A stretch of DNA of 64,000 nucleotides from Anaeromyces robustus (lineage: Eukaryota), in NCBI GenBank assembly GCA_002104895.1, contig MCFG01000135.1, forward strand, positions 1 through 64,000, in the 5' to 3' direction. Both the position numbers and the translations under genes were made by a program. Shown one piece after another: positions 1-11,852 of this stretch (position 1 is its first letter; every line of letters starts with the position of its first letter). A model generated the notes under the pieces. It worked only from the letters and a program-made list of their open reading frames with translations. It had not been told where the DNA came from and ran no database searches.

Positions 1-3000
1 TAAAATAACTTTTCCAGCTTTACCAAATGATGTTTCATCCTCAACTGTAAATATATTATAAAGATAATCAGTTGTAGGAATATCTATTCCAGCACTATCA
101 GCACCGTCACTACAGAATTTTCCATCACTTTTGTTTTTACCCACTTTTCCGGTACAATCAGTAACTGTTTCATTGGTTGTATCACTAAATAATCTATAAT
201 TACATGTAACTACACCATCCGTATCGATACATTTAATGAATTTTTCAGTATCACTTTCCTTATAATAATAACCTGGAGTAGGATTATTGACTTTTTCACA
301 ATCACCATCAGATTTACAATAAATTAAAGCATTATCATCTGGATCAATAATATAACCAGCTTTATCCAATGAAATACTAAGTTCTATAACTTTATTATTA
401 CCAATTTTAATATAGGTACCAGATGTACCAAAAGGTGATTCTGCATCTTCTTCACCTACAATTTTTTTATATTGATCCTTTCCAGATATACTAATTGACT
501 CACTTTTACTCATACATATTTTTGGTGAATCTATATCTACAATTTTACCAATTACAAGTTTGGCATCACAATCAGCTTCTAATGAAGAAACTTCAGTACA
601 TTCCGTGTTGTCACAGACTAACATTTCACTATCATTTTTATAATAACCAATAAGTCTTCTTACCTTCTTTTCATTGTCAATACGTACAATTATGGGGGTA
701 TCGGAGGAAGAATCTATATATAATCTATAAGCAAAATAATCACCTGGGGTATCTACTAAAATTACTGATTTTTTATCAGTAATTTTTACAAGACCATATT
801 GAGTTTCCGTACTAGCACTTGCAGTAAATAATGTTTGATCTCCACCTGTTGTAATTGTTAAGAAATAATATCCTTCTGTGGTTTCCGTGATTAATTCTTT
901 CATATTATCTGCACTTCCATCAATACAGAATTTACCCTCACTCTTTAATAATAATTTTCCTGTTACACAGGTATCTTCCTTAGTTGTGACAAAATCGGTA
1001 TTACCTGTGGCCGTAGTAAGAATACTAGGATCATTATGACCATCAAATTTTATAATGGTATCTGTATTATCGGTACGAGCTCCATTAACATAATAACCTG
1101 TTATAGCCGTTTCTACTACACATCCTGAACGTCCTTCACCACAATTAATTATCGATTTATCACCCGTAATACCATGAATATAATAACCAGCCTCACTATA
1201 GGCGTCATCACTAACACAAGTCCTTATATCACTACATTTAATTAAAGGATGGGTTGAAGCATCACTACCAGAATTAATGAAATATTTATTTAAGGTAGTA
1301 GCATCGGTTTGTGATTGTATTACGGTAACTTTATGATCACCTGATTCAATAATATATTGCATTTCTCCTTTATTTACATCAGCAAGAATATTTAAAGATA
1401 TATCCCCATTAAGACTTAATATGGTATATTTATTTCCAGTAGTCGTAAAATCAATTTTTTTGGTAGTATCTCCATAACAAAAATCTTTTATATTGGTTCC
1501 GTTAAAGAATAATTTACCAGGAATACAAGTGGTAGTAACCACATCTTCATTAGTATCATAAATTGTTGTACAACTATTTTTGTCTTGACAAAGAATAATA
1601 GGTTTTATCGAGGCGTTATCACCAGCATTAATATAATAAGAATAGGTAGAAGCAGGAATTTCAGAACATTCTTCAATATCATTATCACTTTTACAATAAA
1701 TTAAGGTATCTCCTTCAATCGATTTACTATTAATATAATATCCAATAGTAGGCGTTTGAACCATTACCATAGAATTTTTACTATTTTTAACAAGTATTTT
1801 TTTAGTTTGACCAGGAGTAGTCAAAGAATCTACTTTGAAAGGTCCATCATATCCGTAAGATATTTGAATTAAATGGTAAAAAGTTTCATCATCAGCACCT
1901 AATACGGTTACCGAATTATCATCCTTTCCATTACATATTTCTATTCCGGTATTTTTAGGCTTTCCTCCATCACTACCATCCGTTGCACATGATGCCTCAC
2001 CATCCGTTGAAGTAATACCAACACATCCTTTATCATCACATTTTATAGCTAAATTAGTTTGATCATGTTCAATTCCTGCATTTAAATAATATCCATTTTC
2101 AGGAATGATAGCTTTACAACTTGTAGTCGATTCACAATAAATAATGGTTTTTTGATCACCATAATTAAGATAATAACCACCGGAAGTGGCATCAACTAAT
2201 GTGGTTGTTGTACCATCAGCTGTATATTTAATTAATGATTTTCCTTCACCAGCATTAACGTAAAATCCATTAGTAGAAGGAGTAATGATATTACAATTAC
2301 CTTCATCACATTTAACTAATTTACTTTCAGAATTATTCGTAACGTAATAACCATCATCGGTTACTAATTCTGCCAATCTTTCATAATGTAACGGTATCAA
2401 CAACGACATTAAGGAACTTCGTGGCTCAACGGTAACTACTTCTACCTTTATCATAGATATCACTGGTTCGAATCCTACTTTTACCTTTTTGATTTGGAAA
2501 ATTATTCATTTATTTAGTTATTAATACATTTGTTCATTTACTTATTTATTAATAGAATTATTTAGTCTATAATTATTCATTCACTTAGTTAGATTTATTT
2601 AGATATTAGTTATTCGTTCACTTAGATATAAATACGATTTTATTTAGATACTAATTATGTATTCACTTAATTATAGTAATAGTTAAATAATTAAATATTT
2701 TGTTATTTAAATAAGTAAACCAATCACGTAATGATTTAGAATAAGTCTTGAATATAAAAGAAATGTATTAATATTATTTTTACTCTTTGAGTCATTATTA
2801 ATAAGAAAAATATTAAATATTTAAATATTAAATAAAATACAAAATAAATCCATAAACATTATGTTTTAATATTGTGTTATTTATTTTGTTTGTTTATTTT
2901 ATTTTAATTATTGAAATACTACAACAACCTAGTGAATTTCTCACTAAGTTCGTTACACATAAGTTTTAACAAGAACACCACCACCTCTTTTATCCCCTAA

Positions 3001-5446
3001 TTTATAAAGACCAGTAAATATAGAATATTGTTCCTTTTCAACTTCAATATATAAATATTTATAATCTCTTTGCTCTGTTAATTCTAAACGATTACCTTTT
3101 TCATAATAAAAATATAGAAGGTTTACATTTATGTATACTTTACCAACAGAGTAAGTATCATCAGAATAATCTTCATTTTTATTTAAAGTTATACATTCAC
3201 CATTAATACATTGAATTAAATCATGACTACCATAATAACCGGTATAAGCATTCACTAAAGTTACACTATGTGGTTTTAAATTGATTACTACTTTATTATC
3301 TTTTATAGTATCAGCTATTTCACCATTAAATACCGTTTTCATATTTCGGTTTTGATGGATAAAAAAATAATAATTAACGGGACTATCAAAATAAAAAGAA
3401 TCATCTTCATAACAGAATACCAATTCATTATCCAGTTGAATCATTTCTGGTTTATTGACATCAGCACATGATGTAGAAAGAGAGGAAAGAGCTACAATTT
3501 CACAGCCACGAGTACCACCAAGACAACGAATTAAAGGATTTATAGTACTGTCTTCATCTATATTTTCATAATAACCATTTGGAATTTCAGCAACTGGTAC
3601 TGGAACACAAGTACCACTTGTACATTTAATTAAAGGATTTTCAGTTTTATCAATACCAGAATTAAGAAGATAACCATCTTTATTTGTTGTATCATAAATT
3701 ACCATTTTTCCATTACCATATTTTATTAAAACAGAAGTATGTTCATCACCTAAACTTGTTGAACTGGTTTGAAGATTAAGAATCATATAGGCATCCGTAG
3801 TTCCAGTAAAATCTATTCCTGTTCCACCATGAGTTGAACAAAAGGAATTGTAAGTTGGATTAGTTTCTGTACCACTTTTTAAAATAGTACCAGAAGCACT
3901 TCCTTGAATGGTACAAGCAGTTTTAAAGAAACTATCCTCTTTTGGAATTTTTTGAAATGAAATATCATCATTAATTTTAATAATAGGATAATCAGCTTTA
4001 TCACTACCACTATTTAAATAATATCCTACAGTACCAGTTTCAAGATATACTGCACCATTACTAACTTTTATAAAATAGCTTTTTGTAGCACCATTTTCTA
4101 TTTTAGTTCCTGCTCCAAATATAACAGGATCATCTTCTTGTGCTTGGTTTGGATTTGTATAACTAACTACATAATAAGATTCAGCCATTTCTACAAATTT
4201 AACTTTAACATTCTCTGAAGATGATTTTTCTAAACAGAAATATTCTATACCAGTATTCGAAGCGATTAAAGTACCTGGAATAACACCATCCGTATTACAA
4301 GAACTTTTTGAATCACTCTCTGTAATTTCAACACAATCACTTCCATCACATTTCATTACAATATTTTTTTCAAGTATGGAATAGTAACCTTTTGCAGCAG
4401 TAGTAACAAGTTCACAATTTCCTTTTCCATCACATTTTATAAATCTATTGGTAATACCAGTAGATTCAGCAGCATTTATATAATAACCGGCCGTAGTTGA
4501 AGTAACACTTTTACAAATAACTTCTTCTCCTTCAGTAGCACATTTAATTAAAGGTTTAGTGAAATGATTTTTCATTCCATTTATATAGTAATCACCATTA
4601 ACTCCAGTAACATATTTACATTCATAAACTTTACAAGCTAATACACCATTATTATTTAAAGCAAAAATAAAACTTCTTCCTAAATAATCATATCCCCTAC
4701 AAAAGGTTTTACCATCAGCTTTATCACAATACTTCATTAAACATTCATTTCCTAATGTACAACTAGTAGCTACCTCATTACCATTAACTATATCAGTTTT
4801 TTCATGATTTATTAAGTAGTAACCAGTTTTACCTTTTTCAAAATAAAATAAAAATATATATAAAAAAATAAAAATAATGAAAACAAAGTCAGTTTCTTAT
4901 ATTTCATTATATGAACCATATTTAAAAATCAAATAAATTTCTTTAACTTACATTGTGAAGGAATTAATAAATAACCTTCTTGACCTGGTGCAAGTTTGTC
5001 CGGTTCATATATATATATTGGTTCACATTCTATTTCTTTATTTTTTTTTTTATTTATATTTTTATTTTTTATTTTAATAATAAATAATTTAAATTATATA
5101 GAATAGATTATACTGATTATTAAAGAGTTATTTTATTTATTTTTATTTATTTTAATAATATTTTTTTTCCTAGTTTAATTCTATCTATTTAATTTTTTTA
5201 CCTTCAGTTTTAACCAAAGAAATAAAGCCAATTAAGCATATAAAAGTAGTTAACAGAAATATTCTAATTTAACAAAAAATAAAAATAAAGAAAAAAAAAA
5301 AAAAGAAAAAAGATTAAAAAATTAATATATAACATAATTAACAAAATATAAAATTAATAATAAATTCTTTTAAACAAACGGTAATACAATAAAACGTTTA
5401 AATTAGTTAAATCAATTAAAATTTAATTTTACCTATTAACATCCAT
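1..5446 (-). CDS. Large secreted fungal scaffoldin-like Cys-rich repeat protein, 3' end outside the window, interrupted by an insertion at 2387-2957
   Basis: GT-AG exons 5446-5433, 5263-5202, 5029-4952 and 4832-<1 splice in frame to MDVNRIFLLTTFICLIGFISLVKTEECEPIYIYEP... (signal peptide). Recurrent GYYxN...LIKC-x4/5-C repeats resemble Neocallimastigomycota scaffoldins. Removing 2387-2962 (insert plus one TSD copy) joins ...GVLVKTY to ERLAELVTDDGYYV in frame. The same frame is open at the points translated down to position 1. Confidence 0.85.
2387..2957. mobile_element. Solo-LTR-like insertion (571 bp) inside the scaffoldin-like exon
   Basis: Termini TGTAACG...CGTTACA (TG..CA, 7-bp inverted repeat). 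Perfect 5-bp TSD CATAA at 2382-2386 and 2958-2962. AT-rich and non-coding. The host ORF is restored on removal. Confidence 0.9.
2415..2490 (+). promoter_or_regulatory. tRNA-like RNA polymerase III internal promoter cassette (A box, B box, T-run) within the solo LTR
   Basis: A box TGGCTCAACGG from 2422 and B box GGTTCGAATCC at 2465-2475, at tRNA-like spacing. Residual anticodon-arm stem TCTA/TAGA. T runs at 2479-2482 and 2486-2490. Acceptor and T stems do not pair, so this is not a functional tRNA. Confidence 0.65.
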
Positions 5447-6675
5447 ATTCAATATTCAATTCTCTTAAAGTTTAATTTTTTTTATGCTTTTTTTTTTTTT
5501 TTTTGAAGAGGATTAATTTGAATAAATAAAATTGGAATATGGAATTAAAATTTATAGTTCTAAATTAAAAAAAAAAAATTTTTTTTTATACTTTTTTATT
5601 TTGATAATAAACAAAGTTTATAAAAATTTTAAATATTATAAAAATATATTTAATTATAATTTTTATTATATAGTAATAGTGGTAAAAAATTTCTTTTTAA
5701 TGAAAATATATTAAATAAGATTATTGTATTAAGGGAAAATAAAGATATAAAATTAAAGATAAAAATAGATATGAAAATAATTAAAATAGATTATTATTTA
5801 TTACTAAAAATGTATGTAAAATAAAAAGGTATGAAAAAAAAAAAAAAGAGAGAGAGATAATTATTACAGTCCAAAATAGTAAATTAGTCCTAAACATAAA
5901 TTCTAAAAAAAAAAATCAAAAGAAAGTACTTCATATTAATTATTTTTTATATTAAAAGAAGAGGATACACTTCCTTTTTTTTTTTATTTAGTATATTATA
6001 TAGAAATATTAATCCATTTATATTTAGTATATTTATAAAAATAGAATTATAAATAAAAATAATCTGTGTAAAATTCTGTGTAAAACCATTTGTAAATACT
6101 TAATATAAAGAAAAATATAATAAAGATTTTGATAGGATTAACTCTCTAAAAATTATGTAATATTATAAACCCAAGAAAATAACATCTGTATTTTTTAAAG
6201 TTTAATGTGTGTGGTATTCACTAATTTCTCCCAAAGTGAGAAATCAATGTACACCACAATCACACACACTAAACTTTATCAATTTTTTATGAAAAAAAAA
6301 AAAAAAAAGAAGATTCTGATGGTCCTGTGATCCAAATAATTAATCTCAGTTTGAGATAGTATTATTATGTCTTATTGGTTCGACATCAACATTCTTCTTG
6401 GTTTTAAAAAGTATGGATTTAAGTTAAAAACTTATTCCATGGATTCCAAGATGAAATAGTTTCATTAAAATATTGGAAATGGTAAACTTTTATTTAATAT
6501 CAAGATAGAAAAGACAATATATGTAAAATTTACAATGGTAGAAATCTTTTTTTATTTTTTTTTTTTTTTTTTTGACAAATCTCACAGATATGACGTTTTT
6601 CCTATTTATAGTAATTTAACGAAAACCTTAGCATAATTCGACATTTAGCCAGTATAATATAGGAATCGTTATGGC

Positions 6676-7270
6676 TGCTAACGAGGCTTAGTGATACCTG
6701 CTTATATTATCATATCATCATATCGGATTAAAATAAATATTTAATTAATAATAAATACATTCATTTAATTATTAAATAATAATTTATTTAATTCAATAAT
6801 ATATATACATTGAATTAAATTTATCTAAACATTAATCTTATATTCACTTAATTATAATAGTAATTTATCTTGTTCTTAATTATATATTCATTTAATTAAA
6901 ATGAATATATAATAATAATATTAAATAGTTCATATTTTGTCTAATCATATAACAATTTGGAATAAATTTTCGAAAATATATAAATTCATGTACTTAATTA
7001 TTTAATTATTACTATAATTATTAACTGAATACATAATTAAAATTTAGATAAATTATATTTATATTTAAATGAATAGATTATTAATATTTAAATAAATTTA
7101 ATTCAATGAATGTATTATTATTAATTATATAATTCTATTAATAAAATAAATAGATGAATAAAAGAACCTATTATTAATTAAATAAATAATTTCCAAAACA
7201 AAAAAGTAACAGGATTAAAGATTCAAATCAGTGAATATTATGTAGAATCAGATACTGTTGAATCACAAAA
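6676..7270 (-). mobile_element. Decayed relative of the 2387-2957 LTR, in opposite orientation, split by the copia insertion
   Basis: The reverse complement shares GTGATTCAACAGTATCTGATTCTAC (vs GTGGCTCAACGGTAACTACTTCTAC), CACTGATTTGAATC (vs CACTGGTTCGAATC), TTTGGAAATTATT, the internal TAATTATAGTAATA-TTAAATAATTAA and the terminus TCACTAAGCCTCGTTAGCA (vs TCACTAAGTTCGTTACA). No TSD found. Confidence 0.6.
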
Positions 7271-7432
7271 TGTCAGAAATATATCTTATAATATATTAAT
7301 ATTATTCATTTATAATGTTAAGAAAGATATTTTGAAGAATATTTTGCATATTCTTCTTTTATACTATTACAATACATTATTTATATATTGTACATTATTT
7401 AATACATTATTTAATACATTATTCATTTGACA
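7271..7432 (-). repeat. 3' LTR of the copia element
   Basis: TGTCAGAAAT...ATTTGACA; no difference seen versus 13358-13519. Confidence 0.95.
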
Positions 7433-7441
7433 CTCCCCCTC
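7433..7441 (-). other. Polypurine tract (PPT)
   Basis: Minus strand GAGGGGGAG directly precedes the 3' LTR. Confidence 0.9.
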
Positions 7442-7541
7442 AAATCTAATTATGTTGAATAAATAGATTTGAAAAATAAAATTTTAAGTAAAATATTTAA
7501 AAGAAATATTAAATATAATAGGACAGATAATATTTAATAAA

Positions 7542-10500
7542 TTAATAAAATTTATGTAATATTTTGTTTCTAAAGTTTGTCATTGATATCGTATTTAAAT
7601 ACTTAGTGAATCCATCAGCGACATTATCCTTAGAATTAATATACTTTAATATTATTTTCTTATCTTTAATTAATTCCCTTATATAATGATATCTAATATC
7701 TATGTGTTTTATTTTTTGATTAATCATATTGTTTTCGCTTATAAAAATTGCCGCCTTGTTATCAACATTTATATTTATAAAGCTAATATTAAAGTTCAAT
7801 TCATTAAGCAGATTTATGTACCAAATGCACTGTTTTGAACATTCACTTAGGCTATAATATTCTGCTTCTGCTGTAGAGGTTGAAACACAAGGTTGAAGCT
7901 TGGAACACCAACTAATTGGTGTATTACCTATAGTGATAATGTACCCAGTAGTAGACCTTCTTGTCTGTATATCTCCGGCGTAATCTGCATCAGAAAAAGC
8001 ACTTATTGTACGATTAGTATTGAATTTTAATCCATAATTGATAGTACCTTTTAAGTATCCAAGAATCTTTAAAATATTTCTCCAGTCTTCCATATTTGGG
8101 TTTTGTGATTTTCTTGAAGCTTTGCTAACAGCGTAAATGATATCTGGTCTGGTGCATATACTTAAATAAAGTAGATTCCCAATAAGACTTCTGTATCTAG
8201 TAGGATTTATTTTGATCTTTCTAAGATTAATATCCATAATTGGTTTTAGACAATTGGTTGGATATATGTTTTCATCTTTGTATTTGTTGAGTAAATCAGT
8301 GATGTATCTTTTTTGGTGTAAGAAGTACCCGTTACTATACTTGATGAATTTTATGCCAATAATAAAGTTTACATCTCCAATATCTTTGATTTGGAAATGT
8401 TTCTTAATAAGTTGTTTAGTTTGGTTAATTTCCTTTTCTGTTCCTGTGATTAGGATATCATCAACATAAACTGCGAGAATACAGGTAATTTCGTTTTTGT
8501 GATTAAGTTTCTTGTAAACACATGGATCACAAGTTAATCTTTTAAAGTTTATACTGGTCAAAATGTCATTAAGCTTTTTATTCCATGCCTTACCTGATTG
8601 TTTAAGTCCATATATCGCCTTTTTTAGTCTCCAATAAGGTTTGTTGTGATTATCGTAACCTTCAGGTGCCTTCATATATATAACTTCTGATAGTTCTGCA
8701 CTTAAGTATGCGGCGGTAACATCTATTTGTATTATACGAAATCCATTTTGAGAGGCTATGGCGACAATAATTCGTAATGAATCTTGCTTTAAGGTAGGAG
8801 AAAATGTTTCGAAATAATCAATTCCGAATTGTTGAGTGAAACCACGCGCCACTAATCGTGCTTTTCTTTTGATGATGTTACCATCATCATCACGTTTATA
8901 TTTGAAAACCCATCGAGGGGGAATAGGGTTTGCGTCTTCTGGAATTGTGTCAACAGGTTCGTAGACTTTTAATTTATCCATATTATTTAACTCTTCATTA
9001 ATGGCGATTAACCATTCATTCATATCTGGTAAGTTAAAAATATCTTCATAGTTTTGTGGTTCTACAAATGTAATATTAAACAACGTTATTTTTCTTCTTT
9101 TATTATAGAATTGATTATTGTTATGCTTTGATCTTTTGTGGTAGTAATAATTCTTGGGATGGTTGAAGAAATTAATTTCGTTATTGTTTTCGTATATATC
9201 ATTTGGATTGATATTTTGAAAGTTTGAGATATCATTTTGGAGTTTTAAATTATCAGCTGACTCTTTGTCTAGATTGATTTGTGTTTTTGGTGTCTGATTA
9301 TTACTTAGTAGTTTATTATTGTTTAAATTTGATAAAATTTGAAGTTTTTGATAAGGATTTGAACTGATGGCGTTTATATCATTTTTAATATCTTCGATTT
9401 TGTTGTTGAAGTAGAAATTTGCAGGCTCCTTTTCAAAAAATTCGACAACACGCGAACGAAGAACTTTACAGTTGTTAATATCAAAAATTTTGTATGAGTT
9501 AGGATCATAGCAATAGCCAATAAAGATACCAGATGAAGCACTATTTTCGAATTTTTGTTTTAAGTGCTTTGGAACTAAGTACATGACTCTACATCCGAAG
9601 ACTCTAATATTATTGAAATTTACCCTTTTATTAAAAATTCTTTCAAAAGGGATTTTATTGTCTATAGATGAGTGTGGAATTCTATTGTAAATGTAGCTCG
9701 CCGTTTCAACTGCATCCTGCCAGAATTTTCTACTGAGTTTGGAGTCTTCTAGTAGAGCGGTAGCTGTAGATATAAGAATTCCATTTAGCCTTTCGGCTCT
9801 GCCATTTTGTTGAGGGTTATAAGGAACAGTGGTTTGATGAATTGTTCCTTTTTCACTAAATAACCTTTTGAATTTAAGAGAAGTGAATTCTGTACCGTTG
9901 TCAGATCTAACTGCTTTGATATTCTTGTTGAATAAGTTGTATATGTTGTTATACCATACATTAAATGAATCATAGGTATCTGATTTGTTTTTTAAGAATA
10001 ATACCCAGTTATATCTGGAGTAATCATCTAGTATGGTAAGGATATATTTATTGCCATATATTGATTCAGTGATTGGGCCAACTAAGTCAATATGGATTAG
10101 ATCAAAAGGTTGTTTAGATATCTTTGTAACAGGCAAGTAAGGTTTATTTTTTAGTTTGGATTTAATACAAATTTTACATTTATTAGTTATATTGATTTTT
10201 GGCAATTTGTTTATAATTTTATCTATTTTAAAATGGCAAAGTCTACGGTGCCATAAATTATATTGTTCATCGGTATTAGTATAGTTTTCAAGTGAGAAAA
10301 TGTTGTTTTGTGGTTGGTTTGAATCCATATTAACTTTATCGCTAGTGATCCATATATGATAAGTGTTGTTTACTTCTCTAGAGTATGTTGATATAATTCT
10401 TTTGCCTTCAGGAGAATATAATATGGCTTGGGGTGTATTATTATTTCTAGTGAATATTATTTTATAATTTTGCTTTATTAGTTTAGAAAGGGATATTATA

Positions 10501-11852
10501 TTTCTTTTGACGCTTGGAATGTATAGAACATTTTTTAGAATTATTTTATTGTTATTAATAAATCCATCGTAGTTTCCTATATACTTTGAATATATTTTTT
10601 TACCATCTGCAAAGCTTATAGGCTCAGAATGTGGTTTAACGTTTTTTAACAATTCAAGTTTGTAAGTGATATGAACTGATGCACCTGAATCTATAACCCA
10701 GTTTGTGATATTGTTTGAATTGTCATTGTTGATAATTGCTTTAGTTTCTTCAATATCATCGTCCTTTTGTATATAATAGGTGTGGTATTCTGTGTCCGAA
10801 CTATAGTCTTTGGTGAATGCTTCTTCGTATATATTTTTAGGTTCGGAGTTTGTTACGAGAAGCGCATGTTTGTTGCCTTTATATTTAGAACGTGTTGTTT
10901 TATTGTTTTTGAATTTGTTGAATTGTTTTCTATTGTTGAAGGATTTCTTGAATTTGGGATGTTTATATTTTTTGTTTTTGTAAATTTTGTTAGTGATGCT
11001 TTTATTGAATTTACATTCATAGGCGAAATGACCAAATTTTTTACAGATATAGCATTTTCCATTTCTTTTCTTGTGATTCCTAATTGTGGCTGCTAGTACT
11101 TCTTTGTTATCTGAATTTATCTTCAGTAGTCGGTTTTCTTTTCTGTAGGAATAGATAATGTCAGGGATTACTTTGGTGATATATGTGATACAATTTTTCC
11201 AGTTATCTCGGAATTGAAAGACATTGATCCAACGTAGATTTTCAGGTAGTGACCTGTTTAGAAATCCAACCTTGGCTTCGTCCGGAATGTTATGATCCAA
11301 AAGTTCTAACTCATCAAAGATATTTTCTATGTAGGAAATGAAAATATTTATATCAACTGAGGTATCAAATTTTAGTTTTTCTAGTTTTTCTTTTAATTCT
11401 GTTTTCAATTGTTCCTTTCCTTTGGTGAACGAGTTTTCGAGTATCTTCCAGACTTCGTAGGCGGTCTTCCCTCTATTTTCAATAATCTTCCTGGTTTCTT
11501 CATTCAAAGAGTTTAAAATTATCCATTTTGTAGTATTGTCATTTTTAATATCAGGTAGTTTAGTGGACTTATGGTAGGCAACCGAAGGATCTAATTTATC
11601 AATAATGTAGTCTTCAGGATTATTGATTTTATTTCTTTTAATTTTCTTTACCTTTTCAGTAATCACATAGTCTACGAGATTGTTAATATCCAAAAGATAG
11701 AGCATGTTGGTTTTCCAGCTATTATAATTTTCAGTGTTTAAAGTGACAGTGTGGGTGAAAGAATCAGTGTAATTGAAAGATATATTGTGTCTGTTTTCTG
11801 GTTCATAGGTTTCACCGTCTCTGGTTCTTCTATTGTTTGTTCTAACAGACAT
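7542..11852 (-). CDS. Copia gag-pol polyprotein (1436 aa)
   Basis: Zn knuckle CYICKKFGHFAYEC; protease WVIDSGAS; integrase LWHRRLCH/CKIC, HIDLVGP, RSDNGTEF, NGRAERLN; RT VYVDDILI; RNase H SDADYAGD, EAEY, DNKAA, ADGFTK. Confidence 0.97.
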   Translation of the reverse strand: MSVRTNNRRTRDGETYEPENRHNISFNYTDSFTHTVTLNTENYNSWKTNMLYLLDINNLVDYVITEKVKKIKRNKINNPEDYIIDKLDPSVAYHKSTKLPDIKNDNTTKWIILNSLNEETRKIIENRGKTAYEVWKILENSFTKGKEQLKTELKEKLEKLKFDTSVDINIFISYIENIFDELELLDHNIPDEAKVGFLNRSLPENLRWINVFQFRDNWKNCITYITKVIPDIIYSYRKENRLLKINSDNKEVLAATIRNHKKRNGKCYICKKFGHFAYECKFNKSITNKIYKNKKYKHPKFKKSFNNRKQFNKFKNNKTTRSKYKGNKHALLVTNSEPKNIYEEAFTKDYSSDTEYHTYYIQKDDDIEETKAIINNDNSNNITNWVIDSGASVHITYKLELLKNVKPHSEPISFADGKKIYSKYIGNYDGFINNNKIILKNVLYIPSVKRNIISLSKLIKQNYKIIFTRNNNTPQAILYSPEGKRIISTYSREVNNTYHIWITSDKVNMDSNQPQNNIFSLENYTNTDEQYNLWHRRLCHFKIDKIINKLPKINITNKCKICIKSKLKNKPYLPVTKISKQPFDLIHIDLVGPITESIYGNKYILTILDDYSRYNWVLFLKNKSDTYDSFNVWYNNIYNLFNKNIKAVRSDNGTEFTSLKFKRLFSEKGTIHQTTVPYNPQQNGRAERLNGILISTATALLEDSKLSRKFWQDAVETASYIYNRIPHSSIDNKIPFERIFNKRVNFNNIRVFGCRVMYLVPKHLKQKFENSASSGIFIGYCYDPNSYKIFDINNCKVLRSRVVEFFEKEPANFYFNNKIEDIKNDINAISSNPYQKLQILSNLNNNKLLSNNQTPKTQINLDKESADNLKLQNDISNFQNINPNDIYENNNEINFFNHPKNYYYHKRSKHNNNQFYNKRRKITLFNITFVEPQNYEDIFNLPDMNEWLIAINEELNNMDKLKVYEPVDTIPEDANPIPPRWVFKYKRDDDGNIIKRKARLVARGFTQQFGIDYFETFSPTLKQDSLRIIVAIASQNGFRIIQIDVTAAYLSAELSEVIYMKAPEGYDNHNKPYWRLKKAIYGLKQSGKAWNKKLNDILTSINFKRLTCDPCVYKKLNHKNEITCILAVYVDDILITGTEKEINQTKQLIKKHFQIKDIGDVNFIIGIKFIKYSNGYFLHQKRYITDLLNKYKDENIYPTNCLKPIMDINLRKIKINPTRYRSLIGNLLYLSICTRPDIIYAVSKASRKSQNPNMEDWRNILKILGYLKGTINYGLKFNTNRTISAFSDADYAGDIQTRRSTTGYIITIGNTPISWCSKLQPCVSTSTAEAEYYSLSECSKQCIWYINLLNELNFNISFININVDNKAAIFISENNMINQKIKHIDIRYHYIRELIKDKKIILKYINSKDNVADGFTKYLNTISMTNFRNKILHKFY

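Noticed and set aside
2415..2487. Functional tRNA gene (nominal TTA anticodon, ochre suppressor)
   Set aside because: Acceptor and T stems do not pair and it sits within a TSD-flanked element; kept only as a tRNA-like promoter cassette.
2953..4737. 594-aa ORF as a standalone gene
   Set aside because: It is an internal part of a spliced gene starting at 5446, and its stop codon comes from the inserted LTR.
6655..6675. Possible half-tRNA-His primer site (ATCGTTATGGC) next to the decayed LTR
   Set aside because: Short, mismatched in the anticodon, and the host tRNA sequence is unknown.
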